From IMG/VR virus record IMGVR_UViG_3300015607_005478: a DNA stretch of 64,000 bases. One strand, given 5' to 3'. The notes beneath the pieces are model-generated. The model did no database searches. It saw only the letters and a program-made list of their open reading frames with translations, and had not been told where the DNA came from. Numbering within the stretch: the first letter of the stretch is position 1; each line of letters starts with the position of its first letter. This document shows positions 1 through 8,815 of the stretch, in pieces. Position numbers and translations under genes: made by a program. The DNA comes from an uncultured virus (IMG/VR IMGVR_UViG_3300015607_005478). Taxonomy: Duplodnaviria > Heunggongvirae > Uroviricota > Caudoviricetes.

Positions 1-142
1 GTTGAAGCGAAGAAGCTACCGCGACGCTCACCCGCGTGGGCCAGCGTTCTCCGGAAGTACTATGTAAAGTTCAGAAAGAGTGACCCGCTGGGGGAGGCGC
101 TTCAAGCCAAACACGGCCGGTCCAAAACAAGGAGAACGGACG

Positions 143-298
143 ATGGACAAGTACGGAGTCGACGAAAACGTAGACGGTGAAGACCTCGAGAAGAAGGCTG
201 CGGAAGGTTGCCCGAAGTGCGGCGCGAAGCCGGTACGTCACGGCAAGCTTCTGATGTGCCCGACTCACGGGTCAGAGCCATTCGAACAACCGAAGTAG
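143..298 (+). CDS. Small Zn-ribbon-like protein
   Basis: GGAGA SD before ATG 143; CPKCG...CPTHG motif. Confidence 0.6.
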   Translation: MDKYGVDENVDGEDLEKKAAEGCPKCGAKPVRHGKLLMCPTHGSEPFEQPK

Positions 299-314
299 AC
301 CGCCAGGAGAGACC

Positions 315-1628
315 ATGCCCAAGCTTGCCGTTACGGAGATCACAAAGAAGGTTGCCGCGCTTGAAGCGAAACTGAACCGCGGCGCCAAGGTGAAGGGTGC
401 ACACGTTTGCGCGCCCATCGACCAGTCTCCCAACACGTACTTTCTTCGCCGGCCCTCCGGTATCGTGCCGCTCGATATTCACACGGGCGGCGGGCTGCCG
501 GCGGGTGGGCTTACGTACTTGTCGGGGCCCGACGGCGCAGGCAAGACGTTCCTGCTCTACAAGTACATCGCGATGTGCCAGAAGCTCTACGGACCGAAGG
601 CGTGCGTGGCGCTGGGCGTCAGCGAGGCCGCGCCGGACCACTTCTTCATGCGCAAGTGCGGTATCCAGATCGCTGTACCCGAGCGCATGATCGAAGAGCA
701 GGTCCATGAGCGAAAAGAGCGCGGCGAGCCACCGTTCACGAAGGAGCAGTTGAAGTCCTTTCGCGCGGCGACCGTCGGTGAGATAAAGCTTCTTCGCGGC
801 GCCACCGGCGAAGAGCTCCTTCAGGCCATCATCGACTGCTTCGATTCAGGGCTCTTTGACATCATCGGCCTCGACTCTATTTCTGCCTGCTTGCCGGAAG
901 CGGACGCGGAGAAGGACCTCGACCAGGCCGCGAAGCGCGCCGCTGCAGCCGGCATGGTCACGCGGTTCTTCCAACAGTATCTGAACGGCACGACCGGCTA
1001 CTACGGCCTCAACGCCACGACGGTCATCTTCACTTCGCAAGTGCGCGCCAACAACAAGAAGGCGGAGGCGCAGGCTCATATCGCGAGGTACTTGCCCGAT
1101 TACGCGCCGCAAGGTGCGTGGGCAGCGAAGCACGGGAAGCTGATCGACATTCTCATCAAGCCAGGTGAGAAGGAGAAGGAGAACGTTGCAGTCCAACCGC
1201 TGAGCGCCTTCGGTCAGGCAGCGGAAGCCGCGGCTAAGGAGAAGAAGAAGAAAATTCAGACCGGCAAGACCGTGAAGTATGAGGTCTTGAAAGGCAAAGC
1301 CGGCGTGCACGAAGGCATCACTGGTGAGTTCGACTTCCACTTCCCTGCGGGCATGGCCGCGATGCGCGACCCGAATCATCTGCTGACGGAGGATCAGCGC
1401 ATGGTCGTCGTCACCGGCATCCAGAACGGCATCGTCGAGGAGAAGGACGGCCTCATCACGTTCCACCATCCCGTGAGGAATGAGCCGATCGTCCACAATG
1501 GTCTGAAGCTCGAGAAGCTCGCGGGCATTGATCGCCTCGTGCAGCTGATGCGTGAGGACTTCGAGTTGGAGCTCACGCTTCGCCGCGCAGTCCTCTCATC
1601 GTGTGGCGTGGAATGCGCCTATCGCTGA
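315..1628 (+). CDS. recA: RecA/UvsX-like recombinase
   Basis: GGGLPAGG then Walker A GPDGAGKT; Walker B IIGLDS; AGGAG SD. Confidence 0.9.
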   Translation: MPKLAVTEITKKVAALEAKLNRGAKVKGAHVCAPIDQSPNTYFLRRPSGIVPLDIHTGGGLPAGGLTYLSGPDGAGKTFLLYKYIAMCQKLYGPKACVALGVSEAAPDHFFMRKCGIQIAVPERMIEEQVHERKERGEPPFTKEQLKSFRAATVGEIKLLRGATGEELLQAIIDCFDSGLFDIIGLDSISACLPEADAEKDLDQAAKRAAAAGMVTRFFQQYLNGTTGYYGLNATTVIFTSQVRANNKKAEAQAHIARYLPDYAPQGAWAAKHGKLIDILIKPGEKEKENVAVQPLSAFGQAAEAAAKEKKKKIQTGKTVKYEVLKGKAGVHEGITGEFDFHFPAGMAAMRDPNHLLTEDQRMVVVTGIQNGIVEEKDGLITFHHPVRNEPIVHNGLKLEKLAGIDRLVQLMREDFELELTLRRAVLSSCGVECAYR

Positions 1629-2161
1629 GCACGGCTCCTACCGAGGGCAACTGCTCAAAGTGCGGGCAATGGGCTCTTCTTGTGTCCTTCGCCGTTGTGA
1701 CGGAAACGCATAGCGGCGACGCGGACGCTCTCTGCAGCGGATGCCTCTTTCATCCAGAGGGTGTTCGTGTCGATGTTCCGATGGCTCCTCTTCTGGAGGG
1801 GCCGGCGCCTAGGCGCAAAGCCCTTCGGGAAAACAAGCGGCGGTCGCAGAAACAGGAAGTCGAGCTCGCCGAAGAGCTGAATTGGCGAACACAACCCGGC
1901 TCCGGTAATCAACGCGGCGCGAAGGGCGATGTCCGTGGTAAGAACATCGGGCGCCTCGAAGCAAAGTTCACGCAGGCCGATTCCTTCTCGTTGAAGCTCG
2001 CGGAGCTGGAGAAGATCGAAGGTGAGTGTACCGGTTTCGAGAAGCCGGTATTCGTCATCGACTTCATCGAACCGGGAACAAGAGGGCTGCGCGGCCGCTA
2101 CGCGGTCTTCGTCTTCGATCACATCAAGGAGCTACTACATGCCTCTGGCCAGCATCGCTGA
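1613..2161 (+). CDS. PD-(D/E)xK nuclease, Hjc-like Holliday junction resolvase with N-terminal Cys cluster
   Basis: PGSG...KGDV...LEAKFT...SFSLK pattern; CSKC...CSGC. Confidence 0.65.
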   Translation: MRLSLSTAPTEGNCSKCGQWALLVSFAVVTETHSGDADALCSGCLFHPEGVRVDVPMAPLLEGPAPRRKALRENKRRSQKQEVELAEELNWRTQPGSGNQRGAKGDVRGKNIGRLEAKFTQADSFSLKLAELEKIEGECTGFEKPVFVIDFIEPGTRGLRGRYAVFVFDHIKELLHASGQHR

Positions 2162-3026
2162 CCTGAACGGACCGCCCGAAGAAGTCGCCGCACGAATCAA
2201 GCAGGCGAAGACGCTCTCGGAGATGTACGACGACTTCATCATGCTCGAGCAGGACGCTCCTGATGATGGGAAGCGGAAGCCGGGTATCCATGCTTCGGAG
2301 CTCTATCCGTGTCTCCGAAAACCGGTCTACTCCTTGGGGCTCGTCGAGCCCCGTCGCCGCGTATCGAAGTTCTGGCTCCAGCGCTTCAAGGTTGGGTCAG
2401 TCATTCACGCAATGATGCAGGGTGACTTTCATCGCATGGCGAAGCGCTCACAGAAACGCCTAGCGATGCGTCAGGCGATGAAGCAAGCCGAGGACCTCGA
2501 CTTGGACCTCTTCTTCGAAGACGAGGTTCCCGTCAGCCCGGCCCACCAGCCGCTTGCGGCGCACTACCAGATGCATTCGAGTGCGGATGGCATCTTCACG
2601 TTTGCAGACCGCGTGCACGGTGAGCCCGTGTTGCGTATCGGGCTCGAGATCAAGACCGAGTCACCCGATGAATACGCCAAGTTGAAGGGGCCGAAGCCGG
2701 AACATCTGCGCCAGGCACACCTTTACATGGCCGCACTCGACCTCCCCCTCATGTGGTTCTTCTACATGAATAAGGGAAACCAGAACAACACGAACTCCGA
2801 GGCGCCGTACCTCGTCATCTGGGACTCGTTGATCTGGCAGGAGGTCGAGGACCGTATGAAGATCGTTCACGAGCACGTTCGTCTACGGACGTTGCCCGAA
2901 CGTAACGAGGGCATCTTCTGCGAGTTCTGTCCGTGGAACTACACCTGTGAGCCGCCGAATCTTTTCGCGGCACAACGCCAACGGCCGACGTCGCGACGGG
3001 AAACTCTGCGCGGCCCCGGCACTTGA
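2139..3026 (+). CDS. Solo Cas4-like PD-(D/E)xK exonuclease (probable Fe-S)
   Basis: HASELYPC, ADG...EIKT, QAHLYM, C-terminal CEFCPWNYTC (1+3 Cys arrangement). Confidence 0.8.
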   Translation: MPLASIADLNGPPEEVAARIKQAKTLSEMYDDFIMLEQDAPDDGKRKPGIHASELYPCLRKPVYSLGLVEPRRRVSKFWLQRFKVGSVIHAMMQGDFHRMAKRSQKRLAMRQAMKQAEDLDLDLFFEDEVPVSPAHQPLAAHYQMHSSADGIFTFADRVHGEPVLRIGLEIKTESPDEYAKLKGPKPEHLRQAHLYMAALDLPLMWFFYMNKGNQNNTNSEAPYLVIWDSLIWQEVEDRMKIVHEHVRLRTLPERNEGIFCEFCPWNYTCEPPNLFAAQRQRPTSRRETLRGPGT

Positions 3027-3034
3027 GAGGACGC

Positions 3035-3694
3035 ATGGCTCAACGTGAACCTCAAACGGGGTTAGGCCTCAACCTCCCCGACCCAAAAGAGATCGGTATC
3101 TCTGAGCGCGAGGCCCGCGCCAAAGAGAATGCATGGAGCACCATCGAAAGGGTCCGTGCGCGCATGACGGCGTGGGGCATCGGGGATAATCCTGAGCCGC
3201 GCATCGAGTGCCCGGAGGTTACCGCGCAGACGCTGCTGACGCCGGACATCAAGGAGTACTCGACAGTTTTCGCTGCGCAGCTGCAGTGGTACAACTACAC
3301 GAGCCGTCTGCTCGCGGACTGTCGCGCCGTTCTCCTCGAAGTCGAAAATGCGATGAGCGACATCGCGTCATCGCAGCGGCAGCAGTTCCGCAAGCAGAAC
3401 GAAAAAGCGGCGAAGGCGGACAAGATTCCTGTCAATGAGATGAATGATCTCATCGAGCAGGATCCGACGTACCGCGAGCTGAAGATGCAGCAGCAGATCA
3501 TCGAGCAAGAACGCATCCTTCTCTCCGCAAAAACAGACACGCTCGAACGCAACCTCAAGACCATCTCTCGCCAGATCGAGAATCGCAAAGCCGAGGCAGC
3601 TGGCGGCAACCGCGCCGCGAACATGCCCGGACATGTCGCGGGGCGGTGGGAGCAGGGCTTCGCTCGCCCAACCGGGTTTGGAAACAACGGATGA
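3035..3694 (+). CDS. Coiled-coil protein, possible recombination mediator
   Basis: Helical charged sequence, coupled to neighbours; function inferred from context only. Confidence 0.5.
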   Translation: MAQREPQTGLGLNLPDPKEIGISEREARAKENAWSTIERVRARMTAWGIGDNPEPRIECPEVTAQTLLTPDIKEYSTVFAAQLQWYNYTSRLLADCRAVLLEVENAMSDIASSQRQQFRKQNEKAAKADKIPVNEMNDLIEQDPTYRELKMQQQIIEQERILLSAKTDTLERNLKTISRQIENRKAEAAGGNRAANMPGHVAGRWEQGFARPTGFGNNG

Positions 3695-4137
3695 TCCGTC
3701 TCGAGCTCCCCTACCTTCCTCCCTCCTCGAATCAGGCCTACGTCAACATCCCGAGGAAGGGTCGTGGGCTCAGTCCGAAGGGGAGGAAGTTCAAGACAAC
3801 GGCCACGGCTCACTTCGCGCAGAAGTACCCGCGCGAGATGATGTTCTTCAAGCCGAACAAACCGTATCTCATCGTGATGCGGTTCCACTTCGAGCTGCTC
3901 GAGAACAAAGGTTTCGCGACCGGCGAGGCTGAATCACGGTATAAGGTCTTCGACGGCGGCAATCGTACGAAGCTGCTGGAGGACGCGTTGAAGGATGCCG
4001 GCGGCATCGACGACTCCCAAACGCTGACCTCCATCTGGCAGAAGGAGAAAGCCGACCACGAGTACACCATCATCTGGGCTTGGGCCCTCGAGGAGGAGTC
4101 CTGTGAACTCCACGAGCTCGTACGAAGTCTCGCCTGA
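3691..4137 (+). CDS. rusA: RusA-like resolvase
   Basis: PPSSN, DxxNxxKxxxDAL (DGGNRTKLLEDAL), IDDSQ. Confidence 0.85.
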   Translation: MIRLELPYLPPSSNQAYVNIPRKGRGLSPKGRKFKTTATAHFAQKYPREMMFFKPNKPYLIVMRFHFELLENKGFATGEAESRYKVFDGGNRTKLLEDALKDAGGIDDSQTLTSIWQKEKADHEYTIIWAWALEEESCELHELVRSLA

Positions 4138-4504
4138 GAACCGGGAGTTCTACGCGCTGTTCGCGCGGCTCAACCACACGGAGCTTTACCAGATTGCGCG
4201 CGAGGCCGGGCACGTTGTAATGCCCAACCTCACGCGTGAAGCACTCATCCGCATCATCATCTACGACCGCTCCGCGCCGAACATCGACGAACAGTCGTTC
4301 GATGAATGGCGTTGGGCCATCATGCGCTTCATCATCGATCATCGAAAGCGACTGGAGACGCAGATAAGCTGCCCCGCCCGCTCCTTCAAAGAAGACGCGT
4401 GCTTTGGCTGTGTCGACGCTCAGGTCGTGAGTTGCCTCGCCGATAACGCCAAAGCCATCCACCTGATCCAGCTGCACCGAAAGAAGCCAGGAGAGAGAAC
4501 ATGA
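4103..4504 (+). CDS. Hypothetical protein with Cys cluster
   Basis: GAGGAG SD before GTG; stop overlaps next start (ATGA). Confidence 0.6.
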   Translation: MNSTSSYEVSPENREFYALFARLNHTELYQIAREAGHVVMPNLTREALIRIIIYDRSAPNIDEQSFDEWRWAIMRFIIDHRKRLETQISCPARSFKEDACFGCVDAQVVSCLADNAKAIHLIQLHRKKPGERT

Positions 4505-5463
4505 GCGAATCGAACCTTACTCCGCAGACCGCCCCCCGCACGCTCGAGGGCTTGATGTCGGAGACACCCTTCAAACTGCGCCTGCTGCTCACCGACCTCG
4601 GCGGTCTCCAGACCGAAGAGCAGAAGATGGGCTGGCACCAACTCTCGACTCCCGAGATGCGCGCGCAGCACGTCCTCGCAGTGCTCAAGAATTGGGATCA
4701 AGCGAACCCGGGTGTCGCGCAGCCCCCGCCGCCCCCGATGCAGCAGCCGATGAACGGCCAGATGAACGGGACACATGTACCGCAGCAGCAGATGCCCCAG
4801 CAGCCGCCGATGCAGCAACCCATGGGCCTGACGGGCAGCGGCGCGGCTCAGGGCTTTATGCCGCCGCAAGGTTTCCCGGTGCAAGGTTTCCAGATGCCGG
4901 GTCAGGTACCGGGCTTCGTTGCGCCGCAGCCGGTTATGCCGGTTCCCGCGGGCACGGTGATGGCTCCTGGTGCCCCGCCGATGGTTTCCCAGCAAGCGGC
5001 GCAAGCCGCGGCTGCGGCCACGCAGAGCGAGACGCCGAAGAAGGGCGGCAAGCGCTCTCCGACGAACAACGGTGTCGATGCCGGCACCGGTGCGGCAGCG
5101 CCCGCCGACCTCGGCGCGCAAGTTCTCAGCATGCTGCAGACCGTGCTTCAGGGACTCGGCAACGAAGCCAACAACCGCATGGCTTGGCAGAAGCAGATCA
5201 CCGACATGCTCGAAGAGGCGGCGAGCTCGAAGGCGAGTCGCGTCACCGCGCTCGAGTCGAAGTACGGCGAGCTCGCAACCGCACTCCATTCCCTCTCCGA
5301 GGCGCTGCAGACGCAGCAGCGGCTTCAGATCTGGACCTTGATGGCGTTCCTCACGCTCGCTGAGCAGCAGACCGGCGCGAGCGTCGTGCAGATTCTTGGC
5401 ACGGCGATCAGCGACAGCGCGATGTTCAACAAGTTCGTCGATCAGGCCACGGGAAAATCCTAA
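4501..5463 (+). CDS. Q/P/M-rich low-complexity and coiled-coil protein (short frameshift isoform)
   Basis: AGGAG SD; QQPM repeats; ends ACG GGA AAA TCC TAA. Confidence 0.8.
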   Translation: MSESNLTPQTAPRTLEGLMSETPFKLRLLLTDLGGLQTEEQKMGWHQLSTPEMRAQHVLAVLKNWDQANPGVAQPPPPPMQQPMNGQMNGTHVPQQQMPQQPPMQQPMGLTGSGAAQGFMPPQGFPVQGFQMPGQVPGFVAPQPVMPVPAGTVMAPGAPPMVSQQAAQAAAAATQSETPKKGGKRSPTNNGVDAGTGAAAPADLGAQVLSMLQTVLQGLGNEANNRMAWQKQITDMLEEAASSKASRVTALESKYGELATALHSLSEALQTQQRLQIWTLMAFLTLAEQQTGASVVQILGTAISDSAMFNKFVDQATGKS

Positions 5464-5669
5464 GCGCCGGGTCCGACACGTGGCCGGGAACAACCCGGCC
5501 CGTGGGCGGCGTGGACGTCGCATCGTTCGACTTTGACGAAAGTGCGATCGATACGATGAGCGACGGCTCGATTCTCGAGCTCGCCTACAAGGTCGGGGTG
5601 CTGCTTGAGGAAGAGCGCCGGTTCCCTGAGCTTGTTCGGATTCGGCTCAAGCGAAACATCTACGCGTGA
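5451..5669 (+). CDS. -1 frameshift extension of 4501..5463 (~70 aa)
   Basis: Slippery GGGAAAA 5451-5457; -1 frame open to TGA 5667-5669 with protein-like sequence and no SD of its own. Confidence 0.65.
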   Translation, partial: GKILSAGSDTWPGTTRPVGGVDVASFDFDESAIDTMSDGSILELAYKVGVLLEEERRFPELVRIRLKRNIYA

Positions 5670-5699
5670 CAACCGCTTTGAGCGGAAGTACAACAGAGA

Positions 5700-6024
5700 C
5701 TCTCATCCCTAACCACTGCAGGCAGAAGTCCTTCTTACACGTAGTGACCCGTGAATCGAAGTCCGTCACTGTCCTTCGATAGGCGGCTGAAGAAATGGGA
5801 TACTGGGAAGCGAGTGGTAACAATTCACCTTCGCAAGGAGGCCGGGACGCCGGATGAATTGTAAGCGACCCACCTCAAGCCGACAGAGGTAGATGGGGCC
5901 AAAGGCCAAGGCGATAAAGTCGGAGCGGCGAGCACGCCGCACATACCCGCGCCACCGGCTTTGACCGGAGTGCAAAGGGTGCAGGGCTAGAAGAAGGTTC
6001 CGGGGTTCGCCCCGGGACCTTTTT
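5700..6024 (+). ncRNA. Unassigned large structured RNA candidate (~320 nt)
   Basis: No credible ORF; many nested helices, GCAA tetraloop, pseudoknot, terminal UUCG terminator. Confidence 0.65.
5994..6024 (+). terminator. Intrinsic terminator
   Basis: AAGGTTCCGGGG-TTCG-CCCCGGGACCTT then T-tract. Confidence 0.85.
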
Positions 6025-6033
6025 CGTTAGTCC

Positions 6034-6062
6034 TTGACTCGCCACCGATCGCCTCGTAGGTT
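6034..6062 (+). promoter_or_regulatory. Sigma70-type promoter
   Basis: TTGACT-17 nt-TAGGTT. Confidence 0.6.
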
Positions 6063-6068
6063 CAGGCC

Positions 6069-6193
6069 AGAACCAATCGCGTGGGGCATACACGCAAGCG
6101 TCCGTCAGGACACTTCTAAAGGGTAGAAACTGCAACGCCCCGTGCACTCGGTTCTCAGCTAAGGCTGCTCCTCCCTCCCGAGAGCAGCCTTTT
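6069..6193 (+). ncRNA. Unassigned small five-way-junction RNA candidate
   Basis: Closing stem AGAACC/GGTTCT, four internal hairpins, complementary loops; flanked by promoter and terminator. Confidence 0.6.
6161..6193. terminator. Probable bidirectional terminator
   Basis: AAGGCTGCTC...GAGCAGCCTT between convergent units. Confidence 0.75.
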
Positions 6194-6655
6194 CTACTTT
6201 GTGGCGCTCAGGCCCCATGCCGCGAACCCGACGGCGGCGAACGCTGCGGCCGCGCCTACGACGACGCCGAACCACATCGTTCGGTAGAACGGCGGGTCTG
6301 CCACCTCGAGCTGCAACTTCTTGTTCTTTGCTTCGAGATCCGTGACGACGCGCGTGTACTTCTCTTGCTCGATGACGACGAGCTTCTTCTGATAGTCGAT
6401 GTCGGCTTGATCGAGCTTCTTCTGGAGCTCGACGTCGGATTGCAGTCGGAAGCGGTATTGCTGCAGATAGTTGGCCCAGCGCAGGGCGGTAGCCGGGTCG
6501 TAGAGCTGTCCGGAGAACGGCGCGGGGTCGCCTTTCTTTACGGCCTCGATCTTGTCATCACCCGGCGGAACAGGAACCACCGGAGCGATCGGATCGGCCC
6601 ACGCGAGCCGCGGAAGGAGCGCCAAAAGAACAATCGCGAGAACAGCGTTGCGCAT
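6194..6655 (-). CDS. Exported coiled-coil protein with C-terminal TM helix (spanin-like topology)
   Basis: Signal peptide ...AWA-D, coiled coil, hydrophobic C-terminus. Confidence 0.65.
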   Translation of the reverse strand: MRNAVLAIVLLALLPRLAWADPIAPVVPVPPGDDKIEAVKKGDPAPFSGQLYDPATALRWANYLQQYRFRLQSDVELQKKLDQADIDYQKKLVVIEQEKYTRVVTDLEAKNKKLQLEVADPPFYRTMWFGVVVGAAAAFAAVGFAAWGLSATK

Positions 6656-6670
6656 GCTGCGAGGCTAACT

Positions 6671-6700
6671 AAAAGAACGGCCCCGCAATAGCGGGGCCCC
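6671..6700 (-). terminator. Terminator of the leftward helicase-UDG operon
   Basis: GGCCCCGC-AATA-GCGGGGCC with minus-strand TTCTTTT tail. Confidence 0.75.
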
Positions 6701-6704
6701 TCTT

Positions 6705-6989
6705 CTACTTCGTCAGCATCCCGAAGCCTATCTCCAAGAAGGAGACGGCTTTTTCGAAGGCCCTGTTCGCCGCTCGCTCGAGTGCGGCATCCGTCTGGTC
6801 ACACTGCAGCGTGACGTGGGCACTCAGCTTCACTTCGCCGTAACCGAGCGATCGACCCGCCGTGAAGCCGATAGTGGCGTGCGGGTGAGGTCCCGGGGTC
6901 CAGATGTCCATCCGCAGGGGGTCGAGGGCCTCTTCCGCCAGCGTCTTCGTACCATCCGGTGTCTCGACGTCGACCTTCACGCCATTCAC
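6705..6989 (-). CDS. Hypothetical protein
   Basis: 4-nt overlap with upstream gene. Confidence 0.6.
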   Translation of the reverse strand: MNGVKVDVETPDGTKTLAEEALDPLRMDIWTPGPHPHATIGFTAGRSLGYGEVKLSAHVTLQCDQTDAALERAANRAFEKAVSFLEIGFGMLTK

Positions 6990-7429
6990 GGAAGATTGAC
7001 CTTGTCCGGCTTGTGGAAGTTCGCCGTCTCTTTGCGCACGCGATCGACGACGCCGGTATCGAGCTTGTTCTGCGCGATGGAAGCCTCGAGCTTGCCCCGG
7101 TCGACCTCGTACTTCGTAATCGTTTCGATCTTTCCTCCGAGCTCGAGGAAGCGGTCACGACCCACGGCGTTGTAGAGCGCCTCCGCGTCGTACTTCGTCG
7201 TGAACTGGTAGAGGTTGAACGGTCCGCAGCTCACAGCCTTCGCGCGGCAAACCTTCTCTGCTTGCTCGAGGGACGTGTTGTACCGGTCCACCAACTGGTC
7301 GAGCTGCGCGAAGACATCGGCGTGCTCTTCACGAAACTCCTTCAGCGCTTCCTGTGCATCAACGAAGTTGACGACCTCAGGAATTGCGCCGATGTCGACC
7401 GTCTCTGCTTTCCTCTTCTGCATGGTCAT
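6986..7429 (-). CDS. Hypothetical protein
   Basis: AAGGAG SD; coupled to UDG. Confidence 0.7.
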   Translation of the reverse strand: MTMQKRKAETVDIGAIPEVVNFVDAQEALKEFREEHADVFAQLDQLVDRYNTSLEQAEKVCRAKAVSCGPFNLYQFTTKYDAEALYNAVGRDRFLELGGKIETITKYEVDRGKLEASIAQNKLDTGVVDRVRKETANFHKPDKVNLP

Positions 7430-8289
7430 TCTCCTTGAAGCTGTGTCTGCAGCTCTTGGTTCGTCCGTTGCACTTTTCTCTCCGGCGCCTCCCCGAAGGT
7501 CATCCGCAGATACTCATCGTATGTATTGATGGCCTTCTGAATGTCAGAGACGAACTGCTGGAACGGGTTGTCCGGTCCGTGGTCTGCAAGGACGCGAATC
7601 ACGTACGCGGGGTGAAGTGTTGGGATGAAGTGGTAGCGGACCTCGTTTTGCTCAACAGGGTCCACGTCCGCTTGCTTGATTTTGCGCCGCCACTTCCCGC
7701 CTTCAGTAATAGAAGGACGGAAGCTAGCGCCGGGGATGGTGATGCTGCGTCCCTCTCCGCGATCTCGTGTGATGGTGAGGGGTCGGCCGAGTAGCGTTTC
7801 ACACGCCTCGTTGCCGAGTCCCACGATGACGATTGGATCGACGAGATAGATCTGCTCGTAGAGCCGCGGCAGGCATGCGTTGCGCTGCGGAGGGATGGGA
7901 GGTACGTCCTTGAAGACCGGGCTTGAGATGCCCGTGCGCCGATCTTTTCGCGTTTGCGGTAGGCCCGTTTCTTGGTCAATGACCATCTCGCACGATCGGC
8001 AACAGACCGTGTTTGCCATGTAGACGTCGTGGAAATTGAGATGGTCAAGCACGCGGCGAAGGAGCTCGCCGCTGCGGCCTACAAACGGTCGGCCATGTAC
8101 TTCTTCCTCCGCTCCCGGACCCTCCGCGATGAGCATGACGGCGCGACTCACGCCTTCGCCAAAGATGAATTGGCCCCCAACCTCGATGCGGCGTTGACCC
8201 AGCGTGCACCGCGTACAGCCCGCCCATTCCTGGGCGAGCTGCGGCAGTGTCTTGCGTGCGTCCGGCCTAACGACCGATGCGCCGGACAT
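7426..8289 (-). CDS. udg: Family 4-like uracil-DNA glycosylase
   Basis: CTRCTL, FGEG, AEGPGAEE, GRPFVGRSG, HPAY. Confidence 0.9.
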   Translation of the reverse strand: MSGASVVRPDARKTLPQLAQEWAGCTRCTLGQRRIEVGGQFIFGEGVSRAVMLIAEGPGAEEEVHGRPFVGRSGELLRRVLDHLNFHDVYMANTVCCRSCEMVIDQETGLPQTRKDRRTGISSPVFKDVPPIPPQRNACLPRLYEQIYLVDPIVIVGLGNEACETLLGRPLTITRDRGEGRSITIPGASFRPSITEGGKWRRKIKQADVDPVEQNEVRYHFIPTLHPAYVIRVLADHGPDNPFQQFVSDIQKAINTYDEYLRMTFGEAPERKVQRTNQELQTQLQGE

Positions 8290-8815
8290 CTTCCGTGGTC
8301 GGTGCGATGAGATCGGACATCTTCAGCCGCATCTCCTTCATCATCTCGCGACACTCCTTCGCAAACTTCCTTTGCGTGTCGGCGTCGCGCTTGTCCATCT
8401 GACTGAGGAAGCGGAATGTGGTGCCGTAGCAGAGGCCCGGTACGTGTACTGGGTGCATCTCGATCGTGAAGCCGACCGGCATGACGAGCGGCGTCCGCAT
8501 GGGCTGCAGCGCCGGCGCGTTCGTCTGCGGGTCAACCAGCATCCGACCTGTTTTCGGATCCATCACCGGAATCTCACGAATCATCTCGCGGTATTCGAAG
8601 ACCGGGTTGAGCGTGACGCTTTTCGCAGCGAGGACCTCATCGACACCGACTTGGTCCCGCTGTTTCGGATCATCCCCGTCCTTATAAGGATTGATCACAT
8701 TGAGCATCTGCACACGGCCGAGATAGCCCTCGCCGTTGCGCGTAAGGGCGATGACCCACGTTCCCGTGTTGTAGTCGTCGCCTACCGACTGACTCTTATC
8801 GTTTCCGTTTTCCAT
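8267..8815 (-). CDS. Hypothetical protein
   Basis: Operon-embedded ORF with protein-like composition. Confidence 0.65.
   Translation of the reverse strand: MENGNDKSQSVGDDYNTGTWVIALTRNGEGYLGRVQMLNVINPYKDGDDPKQRDQVGVDEVLAAKSVTLNPVFEYREMIREIPVMDPKTGRMLVDPQTNAPALQPMRTPLVMPVGFTIEMHPVHVPGLCYGTTFRFLSQMDKRDADTQRKFAKECREMMKEMRLKMSDLIAPTTEDVRRIGR

Noticed and set aside
2139..3026. CRISPR-Cas locus
   Set aside because: No repeat-spacer array or other cas genes seen
5712..5812. Cobalamin riboswitch (CCACTG...CTGGGAAG resemblance)
   Set aside because: Other core elements not found and no downstream gene; an Rfam scan would settle it
6069..6155. tRNA
   Set aside because: No T-loop TTCRA, no D-loop consensus or CCA end; four internal arms
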